This document shows, piece after piece, positions 48,901 through 62,588 of a DNA stretch of 64,000 nucleotides. The DNA lies in the NCBI GenBank assembly GCA_965644295.1, contig CBFFRP010000288.1, positions 372,001 to 436,000 of the forward strand, in the 5' to 3' direction. Within the stretch, counting starts at the first letter, position 1, and every line of letters begins with the position of its first letter. This DNA comes from Paraphysomonas bandaiensis (taxonomy: Eukaryota > Protista > Chrysophyceae). The notes beneath the pieces were generated by a model. The model ran no database searches and was not told where the DNA came from. It saw only the letters and a program-made list of their open reading frames with translations. The position numbers were made by a program, and so were the translations under genes.

Positions 48901-51900
48901 CCTGCTCCTCGCCTCCATCATCATCGCGCTCATATATAGTCATGCCCCATACATTTTCAATCATTGTACGGAAGAGTTTGATTACCCACACGGCGGTTTT
49001 GGTGTACCTCTCACTTAGATTCTTCTCCCTTCCAGATGAATGAGTGACAACTTCTACAGCACCTCTTATATGATCCACCAGTTTCTTGAGAAGTGGCTCG
49101 CGGCGCACAGTGCTGGTCGAAGTTCGGTCTCCCGCCAAGGGCAGCGCGGTGATTTTCGATATTATGGCCTGAAACTCGTCGTTGAGAGTTTCTTGTACCG
49201 AGTCTTCTTTCGACAAATAGTCCAAAAATGTGGACAGTTTCGATGACAGTTTTCGTTCCTGGTAATCGGGGGTTTCCAGTTCAGCGATTGCAAGTGCAAC
49301 CTCAGATTTGGCGACATCTATGTGTGTGACCTGCACGAAATCAGATAGCACAATCCCTTTGGCTTTACTTAAGCTGTCCAAGGCGCCATATATGTAGGTT
49401 TTATGTTTCGTGCTGAGAATGGGACTGTCGAGGTCATAAATCCCTTTGAGCACATCAAACAACGATGTTATGATACCATCAATCTGAAGCATTGAGATCT
49501 GAAGAGTACTAGCCTGTGTACCGTAAGTAGCAGTGTGCTCTCGTCGAAATACGACAGGGTCATAGTACACCTTGAAGAACCCATACACAATCATAGCGCA
49601 TACGACAATGTATTCCACTCCTTGCCTAGATGATCCAGGACAGTCCCACCCGTTCCGCTCCACCATCCTGAGAGCATCTTTACCAGTTGACAAAACCTCC
49701 ACACAATGCTGTAATAGAGTCCAAATCTTAGGTGAATAAACCAGTCCTGGAATGAGCATCTCGACTTCAAGAATTGCGTTGTACAAAAATAATCCCGTTC
49801 GAATCTTTATAAAAAGAAGACATTTCGGATCAAGGATGGCATCAATAATATCTACATAGTTGAACATGGCCTGAACTTTAGTTTCAATTGTAGTGATATT
49901 GTAGTACCCAATAGTGCACCCAGCTAAAGCTTTTAACAGTTCCACATGGTAAGCTAATTCAGCAGCGATATCATCAGGTGACAAGTTTCTCCGATGCTGA
50001 TACGGCGCCATTAGTTTTAGTTTCTTCGAATATTCAAAGTGGCTGGTTGGACAAAAAAAGCATAAAATCTTCTTTTGGCGATTGGGTGAAGAAATCTGCT
50101 TGACAATTTCGTACTGATTTTCAAGAATATTTTTCTCTCCAATAGCTGTAACGGATGACAGAAGCGTTAAATATTGCGGAAATCTCCCGTTTTTACATAT
50201 CTTTTCAGTGAACTCCGCGATATAATGCATCGGAACCCGGCGCATGAGAGGCTCGTTATTCGAGAAAATAGCTGCGATAACGTGATGACTGCCAATGCCA
50301 TTGTCAACGGTTGACATGAAAAACTCCAGCTCTTCGTACATCTCATCTTGATTGGTAGTGTTGTCATATGCGTACCAATACAGCAAATCATTGCAAGCTG
50401 TCATAATCGATATCGTACTCTTAGCGGCGTTGGCTTCTTCGTTTGCAGATAAGTCCAATTTCTTCAACAGTTTCAAACAAACTTCCCAGCACCCAAAATT
50501 TCTGAGTAGATTCTGCATGTGAACATCTGGCTCATAGTCATGATCAAACTTCAACACCTTGCGTCGAACACGACAATTGTCTCTCAGAGTGTTCAGAATG
50601 GTCTCACTTCTTGCGCTGATACTTCGGTCTTCTTCTGTCCTGACTCCACCCCAGAGAGCAAATGTTTCAATATTTCTGTCCAGCTCCAATAACAGATCAG
50701 TTGTAAGGCGGAACTGTTTTTCTCGTGAGGGTGAAACAAGCATCTGAACCTGACGTGCATTCTCCATCATAACCTCTATGGAAGAGTGATGAGCCATTAG
50801 AAGATCTAGAACACTTTGTACAAGAGCGGGTTCGACATACATGAGTAAATCCAACAGTGTATCGTCGTATTCATCGTTACTAATTCTGAGCTCATTAGTA
50901 CTCTCACATATTCTACTAAAGGCATCTGCTGCACGAGCTGCATCTGCAGGACTATTGGTGGCTTCTGCTGCCCACTTACTAAAGCCATGAAGCAAAATAG
51001 TCAGATTACGGTCATCCAATATCTTCTGAACGTCTCTCAATACGTCTACCATGGCAACCATGGTACTGAGCTCATACGCTGGAGCTGTGCGATATCTCGC
51101 AGGAAGAGCCCATTTTCGAACCTCTTCGTCATCTTCTTTTGGAAGCTGTTTCAGCAGTCGAGCTGCGCGCACAACACGAACCAATCGTAGCATTCGTAGT
51201 GCTCTTAAAATTCCAGAAAAACTTCCAAATGACCCTAATGCATCCTCACTAGCCATGACAATGACATCTAACAGCACAACGGCAATATCAAGCTGTACAA
51301 AGTGATCACCGAAAAAAGTAGACCACTTATGCCGAACATTGTAGTGCACATATCCACGAAAAGATACCTCAGCAAAAAAAATAAATCCCACGACAAGATC
51401 GAACACAAACCACGGGGTTCCGCTATAGTTATATATAACTTGGACTAGAGCAACAGCAGTCGACACTAGCACAAGAACCATTACTAATGCCAGCTCTGTC
51501 ACTGACTCCATAAAACTCAGAGCAGACTTCTGCCATGTCGGCACCATGGCAACTAGCTTAGCCATATCTAAAGAGTTTGAGCTACCTATTCGAGCCGAAG
51601 CACTACTTGATTTATTGTCTATCTCTGGATTTCGACGATTCAGAACAGTCATGAGAGGAACAATTACATCTTGAAGCTTCTCGATTGTTCCGTAAAACTG
51701 CAGTGTAACGAGTTTCTTCAACACAGACACCATATATAGTGAATGAGTTTCCCACTTTCCACCATCTGCTCTCATCGACTTTATGTGACTGGAGAGAATA
51801 TGCTGAAGAAGTCCGAACCGATGCTCGCGCTTCTCATCTACACTAGCTATGGTTCCCTCTTCACTCTGCAGCGAGCTCCACATTTTTGATAGGCACGGTA

Positions 51901-54778
51901 CCCGTCTTGTGGTTTCGGATTCTCGGTCGACATACAGCGTTGTAATGAGAGATGCTGTTGCCCCATATAGGTCCGAGATATTCGATCCTTTACTTGACAC
52001 AGCGGACAGTGTTTGTGCTGAGAGAATCGTAATCAAATACTCATATGGAATCAGTGTTTCGATTTTAGATATTGCAGATACATTGCGATCTAAGCACATC
52101 TCAGAAAGGAGGTACAATTGGGCAACAAAATACTGAACAACTGCTTTCTTCCTTTCTTGAGTCATATTCCTTGGGGCTAGTTTCTTATCAGATTGTACTG
52201 GAGATGAATTCGATCTCATCTTAGACATATCTAGTACTCCCGCGGAGAGTGACCGTTTGATAAGCAGCGGAGGTTTCGATGACTTTGCTCCAGCGACACC
52301 GGCAACTGCGCCAGGTAGATTATTATTACTTCGTGGTCCAATTTTGGCAGATCTAAATAATTCAGATAGCGGAATAACTTCTTTTCCGAAGAGGGATTCC
52401 GTTGAAAACTTTTCGTCTAGGGTCGCCCACGTGACGGAGAGATATGGTAGTCCATCAGAAAGAGCTTTGTACCCCAGAGGAGCACACTCATGAGGTACTT
52501 TCTCAGGAATATATAACGAGTTGGCAAAAAACTCCCTCGTCTGGGCGACGTCTGTTGTTGAAGATTGAGCTAGCTTCACGAATATCATTGGCGCAATAGG
52601 TAACACAGCATCCATAACAAATCCCTGATTTCTACTTATACCGTGCCCAGAGCAGGAGCAAAACGCTTTCAACATTGTGAAATACATGCTCTTCATTTTC
52701 GCCTCTGGGCTTGTCAGCTGGTTTGTAAATATCTTTATTTCATTCGGACCCACACGTTCGGTTTGTAATTCCAAATTATCGTTTAGCATTTCCCTCACTA
52801 CATCTGCAGCTATCTGCTGAACGCCTACCCATCCCAACACAACATGCATATGAGATGCGACGTACAATTGGTTTGCTGAGTTACGCTTTACTGCTTGAAG
52901 TAGTAGTCGAAGTAATGATTCTGAAACCTTAGCGGCCATCCTATGAAGAAGTTTCTTCCGCATTTCAAGCTCTGGTTCTGCGGCCACTGCTTCTCTCATG
53001 TTGCGGGTATTGGAGCGACCAAATTCTTGTACTTGGTCGGTGTCTACATCCCCAGAAAGTTTCCCTTTAAACAGTGGCAGTAGCGAGTTCAGTAGAAACA
53101 AAACAATGTCGATGGTTCCTTGCTCGCGGAACATTTTTTGACGGCGGCCAATTACTGCATCATTTCTTATTATTTCTCCAAATTCGTTAACGGCATCATC
53201 GTCCTGCTCATCGGGGTTCGCAGGCGGTGTGTCAGATATAGAGTTTCCCTTGAGATAATTAATCATTTTCTCTACAACTTTATAAAATCGTTTGTCATCA
53301 GCAATATCCAGATCTGGCCAAATTCGATCAATAAACTCTTCGTTATCTTCATCATTCGGATCATATTCGTCAAAATTTTTCACTGCATCTAAATAACTTT
53401 TCATCATGTTCCGTATGGAATTTCCGACAAATACATCCATCGGTTGCTTGGACTCAGAGTCTTCTGTATCAGACGGGTCTTGATCACTGTAGCGAGAGAT
53501 GAATAAATACACTGCGTTCGACTTGTTACGCGTAGCTGAGCACTTGTAATTTGTAAAACCCGCGACTTCACGTAGCTCCCCACGCTCGAGGTATGCGCTG
53601 CTGTGACTGATTTGAACAGCTCGCTTGTCCTGCAAGAAATTACCAGTACTATGCAACTCTTGCACGGAAAACAATGTGCCTTTATCCATTGGACTATTCG
53701 CTACGGTGAGAACGTATTCTCCATCGCTGTCTCCTTCTCGCTTCATACACATATATTTACCAGTATTAATGTGCTTGAAACGCACTTGGTCAGTTTTCCA
53801 CTGAATAGGACCACCTAAATCAAGATAATGACTTCATATATGGTTCCAAAATAATGGCTCCAAACCTGATATTATTTGTTTACTCTCTAGTAGCCACAGA
53901 GCACTACTCGCGATGTTCTTATCAGACAATTCCATCACAATTTCTCCGTCCTCACTAAGTTCCATGATGCTGTCATCTTCACTTATTTCATCATCTTCAA
54001 TACCCCTATTTGTGATAATAGCTGGCCGTTGGAAAAGACTTAGACTCGACTGCGTCTCTGGGTCAACCAAAGAAACTAGCTCAGAAGTCAGAATCACATT
54101 AGGGTCCTCTGAATGCGTGGTACTTTGAAATATAGAGAGGAACCACGACGTGGGTTCCAGGGAAGCATTTACTTCTCTATGACCCCGAGAATACCCTTTG
54201 TCCGTACTATGCAGAAACTCATTCGGTCGCTCCGCAATATTCAGCTTTATTTCAGAATTCGACAGCACCACATCACCAGACTGATTAATTTTAAATCGCG
54301 GCTGAATGACCATCCATGAGTCCGATGTACCTTGCGGATGCAGACACACACGTATATTTTCGCGCTCATGTTCTGCAACTTGGTTTCCAACGACTGTGAC
54401 ATACTTCCGTGACTTGACGTGAAGCAATTGAATAGAGTCTCCATAGTGAACTTCATTTCCGAATTTCGTTTTCATGTAGAGTTCATTCATTTTTTGTTCA
54501 TTCTTCGCACCTAATCGAAGAGCTTCTAAATGGCGTATTCCGGCATCATCAACAGGAAAACCATTAGCTTCTTCTAGCTTTTGTATTTCCATCAACTCTT
54601 GCAATTCCGACGAGGCAGAATATTGCCTTGGAAGACATATTTGAAACCAATTATCATCAAACGAATCCATTTTTCCAACCACGATTTCATCACTGAGTAT
54701 ACCCTCTGCGCAGAGGTAGTTTTTGATTTTAATATTGCGCAAAGTAACAATGTCCCCAATCCTGACACATTCTGACAT
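45958..54778 (-). CDS. ITPR: IP3-receptor/RyR-family Ca2+ channel with inserted voltage-sensor domain and C2-like tail, 3 exons, ~2,900 aa
   Basis: Suppressor domain (IGDIVTL, YGDSIQLLHVKS), MIR (RFKHINTGKY), RQKMFREQ, RFMQLMCEGH, EVIQGPCEGNQ, VDTFSELR, CFICG and EHNMWNYLFF. Confidence 0.92.
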
Positions 54779-55060
54779 GGTTAAAGGAGACGATTATCAG
54801 ATTAATCAGTTGAAATTAAACTTAAATGCTCTTGTATAAGTGTAATACTTCCACTGATAATTATGATCAATAGAATAGATAATAAGCAAGATTTCTCATA
54901 AATACTTGAGTTTATTGATGTAATTGATAAATCTTGATAAAATAATCCCTCCGTTAAGTGATAATATTGCACAATGCATTAGCCTGGAGAACACTATCCT
55001 TGCATGTGATTATTGTCAATTTCTTGCAATAGTCTGCCACAGGCTTCTACGTGTCTGTGC

Positions 55061-55095
55061 TATACACTATACACTATACACTATACACTATACAC
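55061..55095. repeat. (TATACAC)5 short tandem repeat
   Basis: Directly visible in the ITPR/USP spacer. Confidence 0.9.
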
Positions 55096-55547
55096 CATCC
55101 TACTCAGAAAACGGTTTCATATATATACTACCGTTACCGGACAATTTATCCGGTTACGGCTTATATGAGACTCGAAATCCAGTTTAGCCAACATTGAAGG
55201 AAGAAAAAGGTGGGATTTCTTGTCATTCTAGATTTTTCCTGTCATGTAAACCTGTATATAGATATATATACCATACATAGAAGGCTATATACTGTAGCGA
55301 GACATGTACAGGACAGTGTGTCTACATATGCTCTGCAGACAGTGAGATTGGAGAACAAAGTCAAATTAAGATCATATAAATTCACATGTGAGGGTACCTA
55401 TTATCGTAATATCATATAATTGATAAGTATGGTACTGCTCACATATTCATTCACTGTATCATCACTTCACATTAATTAAAGAAGATCTATTGAGCGATAT
55501 AAAACACAGAAGTAAAGATGTACACTATATAACAGCTGCTGATACAT

Positions 55548-57559
55548 ATGGGTTGCTTTAATAGTAAACATCCAAATCATCAGCGCAAGCCCGAGAGGTG
55601 TATAAGTCCTGGGGTAGAAGCTCCTGCATTGGCCCAAACCAATGGCGCGTTTCAGAGGAGTTCATACCGACTGGTCCATGAACAAGTCATGGAGGAAATA
55701 TTAAACAAAAGTAATTTTCAGGGTATCGTTGGCCTCAAGAATCTAGGAAATACTTGTTTTATGAACAGTGCACTGCAATGCTTAGCGAATTCCGTTCCTC
55801 TTATGGATTATTTTCTGGGATATAATTGGCGACAGGAAATTAATGTCAATAACCCTATTGGTACCGGAGGGGTAGTGGCGGAACAATTCGGTGTCCTTGT
55901 TAGGGCCATGTGGGAATGTGAAGAGTACCGTGTCATTGCCCCAAAGGCTTTCAAACGAGCTCTGGGAGCTTTCCGAGCTCAATTCAGTGGATATGATCAG
56001 CAAGACTCCCAGGAGTTCTTGGCCTTTCTGCTGGACGGTCTACATGAGGATTTAAACCGAGTCATGCAGAAGCCGTACGTAGAAGAAATTGACTCGGATG
56101 GGAGGGAGCAAGAAGAGGTTGCGGTAGAAGCTTGGAAGGCGTACTTGCTGCGCAATCGCTCGATAATAGTTGACATATTTCAGGGCCAACTGCGAAATGT
56201 ACTCAGTTGTATGTCGTGTAGATACACGTCGTTTACCTTTGACCCGTTCATGTACATGACTGTGCCTGTTGTACGAAGTGGAAGGGTGCATATATGCGAC
56301 TGCCTTGCTGAGTTTTGCCGTCCTGAGATTTTATCGCTTGACTGCCAGGTAAGATACGAAGCCAACGGCTGTTGCGTGTATGTTTGGTTTGCAATGTTGC
56401 AGACTATTATTTTCACGAGCAGTACCTGAAAGAATTACTATATACGCATCGTACTAGTGCTGATATGTTATTATATCATACTTCACTTTCTAAAGTAATG
56501 AATGTGTTATAGTGGAAATGTCCTAAGTGCAAGGTACCTAGAGACGCTGAGAAAAAAATGGATATATGGATTGCACCTCCTATATTTATAATACATTTGA
56601 AAAGGTAAAAGGAATCATTTTATGTACACGCTGCGTAAGGCTATAGTAAAAGTACAATAACTCTCTGACTGAATTATCGTTGCTATCGGTGTGGTAGATT
56701 TCAGGAAAACTCATTCGGTAGAAGATCCAAGCTTGACACTTTTGTAGACTTCCCTACTGAGAATCTGGACTTATCTGAATTCATGGGCAGCAAGTACGTA
56801 CTAATATACGTTTGTCTACTTTACACATACCAAGTTATTGCTTATTGTAATTTGGCTTTTATGAATTCGTGATGTATAGACAGCCGGGTACTCACACATA
56901 TGACCTGTATGGCGTGTCCAACCACCATGGAAGCTTGAGTGGAGGGCATTACACAGCTTTTGCGAAAAACAGAGTGAACAAGAAATGGTGCATAGTTTTC
57001 TAGAAATATGTGTTTTTGTCTTATATCCTTGTAGGTACTTTTATGATGATGTTAGAGTTAAAGAGGTCAGGGCAGAAGATGTTTGCACAAAAGCGGCCTA
57101 CGTTCTTTTCTATCATAAAGTTGGTGATGGTATGGTCGACATATATGTACTTACTGTGTTTCAGGTGTATATTCCCGAAGAGATCCGCATGCACAGCTCA
57201 GATGGAGAGGTAGTACCAATGCCGCTACAATATGAGAGAAATATATCGGGCGGTTTAATCAAGAGGCAGAGTATCACAGTACCACACTATTGGCCTCATG
57301 TCAATGATCCATCTGTATCAATTAGGGATTCTATGGTGTGTTTCTATATTCACAGTGAAATAAGTTGACTCAGTATCTTGTTTGATAACTGTAGGACCCC
57401 TCTGAGCCACCAGAAGTTCAAACTCTTAGGGATGCCCTTCAGAAGGCTGCGGTGAATGCCTCTGGTGATGCATCAGCCCAGGATAGCCCAAAGTCTGAAG
57501 GGTCTCGAATTAATAAGTTCAGTTCGTCTCGTGTGGCATCTGAAACTGCCCTAGGCTAA
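55548..57559 (+). CDS. Ubiquitin-specific protease (C19; USP2/8/15-like), 7 exons, MGC acylation-type start
   Basis: [46 protein letters not shown] and AAYVLFY motifs. Confidence 0.92.
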
Positions 57560-59575
57560 CAGTTCTTTCATAGTTGACTATTTATTTACGTTGTGGTGTG
57601 TACTGAAATACCCTCGAATTGTATGTGCTATGAGTATTTACCAGTGTACTATGTTGCGATAATAGTTGTGGTTGGCGACATAATAAGGATTTTTTATTAC
57701 TTTTCTGGTATAATTTTGTAGGGAAATTAAGAAACGACATGTTGTACAGCCAGTTATTGATAGGATCATACAGAATGCTACCGTGTGACAGCTAGTATAA
57801 CCGTATAACCCCATGATTGACTCAAATCCGATTGTTGTATTTGTAATAACCAGCCATCTGGTTATTTTATGCTATATGAGCTCTCTATTGTATATGTTTA
57901 AGTTTGTACATACTATCTAGACAACGTAGGTTGAATATTATTATTATTAGCATATCTCACATTAAGCTATATGATATATTATGAATATGACAATTCATGC
58001 TTATCATTGATACTTATATATCTATTCAAAAGACAAAGAAAGATAGGATTACCAATAATGAAGTTCAATGATGAAGATATTACGATTGATGATATATATG
58101 TATATGTTATTATTATATATATATTAATGCTTAAGGCTGGAGAAGTTTACTGGAGAATTCCGGGTTTGATATTCACGCTGATAGACGTGTATTGCCAGAT
58201 TATCCAGTAATACAGTTGTACTTATGTATTTCATTAGGTACTTATTGTTTATTGAACTGTACTTGGAACTACGTATACAAGGCTTCAACTACAATGAGAA
58301 TATACTGAATGTATCTTCCCTTATGCGTTGATGATGAATCAGTTGTGATCAGGCTGAGCTATTAGTAATGTATATGGGTGAAGGTCATTCCAGTAGGCCT
58401 TCCTCTGGCCTGGGAATCATATGTATATATTGATTATTGATAATAAGATGCAATTTCTGTACTCTGGAAGTTGTTTGTAGATAGTATTGTAGTTGTAGAC
58501 ATATTCATTGTTAGTTATCTATTATTACCATGGAGGGAGAACCTAAAATGGAGGTTCATGACTCTAGTCTGTTTCATTTAGCTCTGAGTTGGATCAGAGC
58601 AATGATTATTGAAGAACAACAGTCGATATCGAGTGCTGATGAGCAGCGCGTCAGAGATATTGGACTCGTTACTGGATTAGATGATGCTGACACCAATAGG
58701 AGGGTGTTACATATTATAGGCATATTGAGATACAATGGTGGCTTTTACATTCCCCACGTATCACGTACACCTATATATCTCTATATCATACTATAGTTTT
58801 GATATCTCCGTCAGTCGTCTATTAAATACTACTATTTCTTCTCTCAATCGATTAACAAACCAAAATAATCCATATCATAAAATATGTACATTAGAGAAAT
58901 GTGTATATAATCGGTCAGTGTTATCATCTAGCGCACTATATTCTTGAAAGCAAACACGTCTTTAACAAACAGTGCAAGAGAACAGACTATAATTCAGCTC
59001 CATGTCCTTGAGAATACACCTTCAAGCACTGCAATACATCACAGTGTCGACTCATATATAGCTCAAGACTCTCTGCCGCTGAATATTTTGGAAAGAGCAA
59101 TTACTCATCACTTATGACCTGGTTTGGAACAATACTTTGAAGCTAAGGTCAGTGGTTGGACACTTCCACCTCTATGTCCTCAGATGCTCTGGAGATATCT
59201 GGATATATAGAGAGCCCGAATCTATAGAAACATGCATTTTCAGGATTTCTAAAATCGGATTTCATGGTTCTGCTGCCCTGGAAATTGGTTGAGGCAAAAA
59301 ATCGCAATAAAAGACTCTGAAAAGTGGGTATTTTCAACACCACAGCCATAAAAAGCGGTGCTAATGGGGATACATAAGCAAAAACGGCGATATTTGGGTG
59401 ATCTCTCCCACATAAAACTGCCTTGGTGTAAAACCACAGTACAATGATACGTTATGCAGCATGCAGCACAGTGCTACGAAATGTTCCCCTTCTATATGAT
59501 ATGAGACCACAGCAAGTGTCAACACTGTCATCACAGGTAAACATATTACTAGATTGATTTGTTATATTTACAATT

Positions 59576-60664
59576 ATGGGAGCGGGGGCATCAGCATTGC
59601 CTGCACTGTTAAATGAAGAGGAATTAAAGGCTATGTGTGGTGATAAATACGATGAAACATACTTCAATGCTCTGAAGAATGAAGATGGGCTTGTCTATAG
59701 CACTGTTTTATGTAGAATTGCAGAAAGTTCTGTTGAACGAGAAGTGTTACATTTATACAGTGCGTACTGTCCCAAAGGTGGGATGACAGAGAATATCTTC
59801 ATCAGCTTATGTAGAGATACTAAGCTCTTAAATAAGGGCCTTTTCTCCGTCCAAGATGCAGAAAAATTGTATCGAAAATGCAAAAGCGAGGCGGATGATT
59901 CATCAGTTCGAACGATTTCGTACAAGACATGGAGATATGAAATTATACCCGATATTGCGTCAAGGAAAGGCATGGAGGTAGAAAAGCTTCTTCTAAAGCT
60001 CTCGCAGTGTGACGACGCAATATCGAATGTGAAATCGAGAAGAGATGACCACGAAGTTGCTAAACCAGAGGAGTTTTCTACTAAAGTAGTAGAGGAGAGA
60101 GATACGCTGATGGATATTAAATCGCACCCTGTGCATTGCTTGGCCAATGCCTTCAGTGATGTTCACCACAATGCTGTAATTAAGATTCAAAATGCCCAGC
60201 GATCGAAGCTAGCCAAAAAAGAAGTCAGCAGGCAGAAAGAGGTATGTTTTTGTTGCGTGTCTACAGCCACCCTGAATATGTTTTTGCGGTAGATCCGGAA
60301 GGCATCTCTAGCTAAGGTTCCTTTAGTTCACTGCAGTATGGGCGAAGAGAGTGAGACTATATTTCGTAACATTTTCCACGAATACTGTCCTCGTGGTGAA
60401 ATTAGTGAAAAAGTATTCAAGATAATTCTGAACGATGCCAATTGTTTTGATAAAAAGCTCACTCCTTATGACGCCGAGTTCATATTTCAAAAATCCAAAG
60501 CCATGGCTGCCGGAAAGAACAGTGATTACCGCCACTGTGTTGTACACAACAAACGCCTCACCTATGAGGCATTTCGTGATTTAACAATTAAGGAGGCAGC
60601 ACTATTCAAAGAAGTTTCTGTTGATAAGCTCATTAATCTCGTGGCAACTAATATATCGAATAAG
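59576..60664 (+). CDS. p25-alpha/TPPP-like repeat protein with IQ motif, 2 exons
   Basis: Two units (FISLCRDTKLL...DAEKLY and FKIILNDANCFDKKLTPYDAEFIFQK) flank AVIKIQNAQRSKLAKK. MGAGAS start. Confidence 0.65.
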
Positions 60665-62588
60665 TAACTGTCCAGCGGTAGTTGGATTGGCATGTTTCCG
60701 AATATTGCACCACTGCTGATTGCCTCCATTGTGTATGCTATTGGTATAAATATCCAAGAACTCTGACAAATATGTACCGTACATAGGCTGTGTATTATGT
60801 TGATCCTGCTGAACGTTCTTATAGGCATGGTTAATCATTTGGACTACACTATATGTGTTTCGAGTCTATTTCCTAATTCTTATATTGCTAGAGTAACTGA
60901 ATTAATAAAGTATCGTAATACTGCGGTGCATGTGTACTTACTTAAACGTTTACGATAGTGATGGGCACAATGATATGGAATAGTGAAAAACGTTTTTTGT
61001 GACATTGTAATGTTTTGTTGAGAATGTGGAAGTGGTCAGTTCAACCGGAATAGTATGTCTACCCTCGATACATATACATAAAAATACTTGAAAAAAAAAC
61101 AGAAGTCATTTGTGTTAAGTTCATCATTATTAAATGCAATATAAATTTATATAATAACTACGCAGTAGTTCATAAAGCAATGAGTATGACTTCAACGTAA
61201 ACGCAGTTGATTACAAATTAATTCTAGAATTTTGATAACAATAATGCACACATGTATCAGATGAACATTCAACTAAGCCATATATAGACATTTAAATAAT
61301 CAAAAAACATACGATTGAAAAGGAAGCTAGCTTTCTTCAAATTATCGTAACATATATTATTTGTTAAAAACAGTCTACTATCAATTGGAGCACTTCTATA
61401 GTATTCATAAACACCTGACATATTAAGATGGCGTATACATAGTTCATAGTGCGCATACAATGCTAATCCAATAAGTAAAGAAGAATGAGGAAAAAGAGGT
61501 TAAATATCTCGATGTAATCAACACTACACACCTGTGTATAGCTTTAACTTTGACTACGAGTCTTGCTGGATATCTAATCATGTTCTATCTTTGTCTACAT
61601 TCTACTTAACCCACTGCAAATACTTAGGATTCGCGTGCTCGGGTATACCTAAAAACAATCAACTATGGATCCTGTTCAAAAATAATCTTTGCAACTCCTC
61701 CCTCATCACCACCTTTAACTAATGTCAGATAGTACAACGCATTGCAGAAGTATATGACAAAGGTTCATGCAACATGGCGAGGCATTCATAACAACTCGTT
61801 CGGATGCTAATAGTAGTTAGAAGAAACGGAAATAATAACCGTTGGCTCGTGTATATAAGTAATATGCATTCGGAATATGGGTGCTTGAGGGGACTTGTGT
61901 TGATCACCAGTCTTCTCTTATTAGGAATTTTTATCTGTTGTAATCACCCTCAAGTTCTCAGACAAGTCGGTTGATCCTTCACTAATCTGCTTCTGGTATA
62001 TATAATCACTTTTCATTAAACCAGAGTAATTAAATAGCTGATGAAGTATGCACCCTCCCCCCTCGCGAATCTGCAAAGACTTTCCACTACATCTGACACC
62101 TGAGTGAAATCTCTAAATGAACAGTACGACAGGGAGTATTATAGTCTCAGCATGTGTCGTCAGAGGAAAACATTTCTGATATTTTGACTAAGTTTATGCC
62201 GTTGTTTCTAATCTATCTTTCATCCAAAAGACTACTAGACTTGCACAAGTGTGTTGCTGGTCGTTGGACTGAAAGAAGGATACTTAGTTGTCACAAAACA
62301 CGCCTATTTTATGGAGATCTTCCACACATAAATGTAAAAACTCTAATTTTATCTCATAAACCACCTATTTTCAGAGTAAAATGGTAACTTCGTACTGTAC
62401 ACTGTATAATTCGAGTATGAATATTCGTGTTTTTTATTATCCCTCATATGGGATATTATAAAACAGTTGAAAGTTTTAGGAGTGCTTCAATGATATGATG
62501 ACGATAGTTGCTCCTAACATACACACAATTATTATCACAAAGAATTGAAAAATATCTTGATCTATACGAATTCTCACCTACAAAGAAA

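Noticed and set aside
47764-54775. Many short antisense or alternate-frame ORFs over the ITPR gene
   Set aside because: Shadow ORFs of a long CDS.
58530-58796. 88-aa ORF MEGEPKMEV...
   Set aside because: No recognisable motif or convincing spliced continuation. It may be a decayed gene but this is unsupported.
61520-62390. Coding-like sequence with scattered stops
   Set aside because: No family could be assigned by eye.
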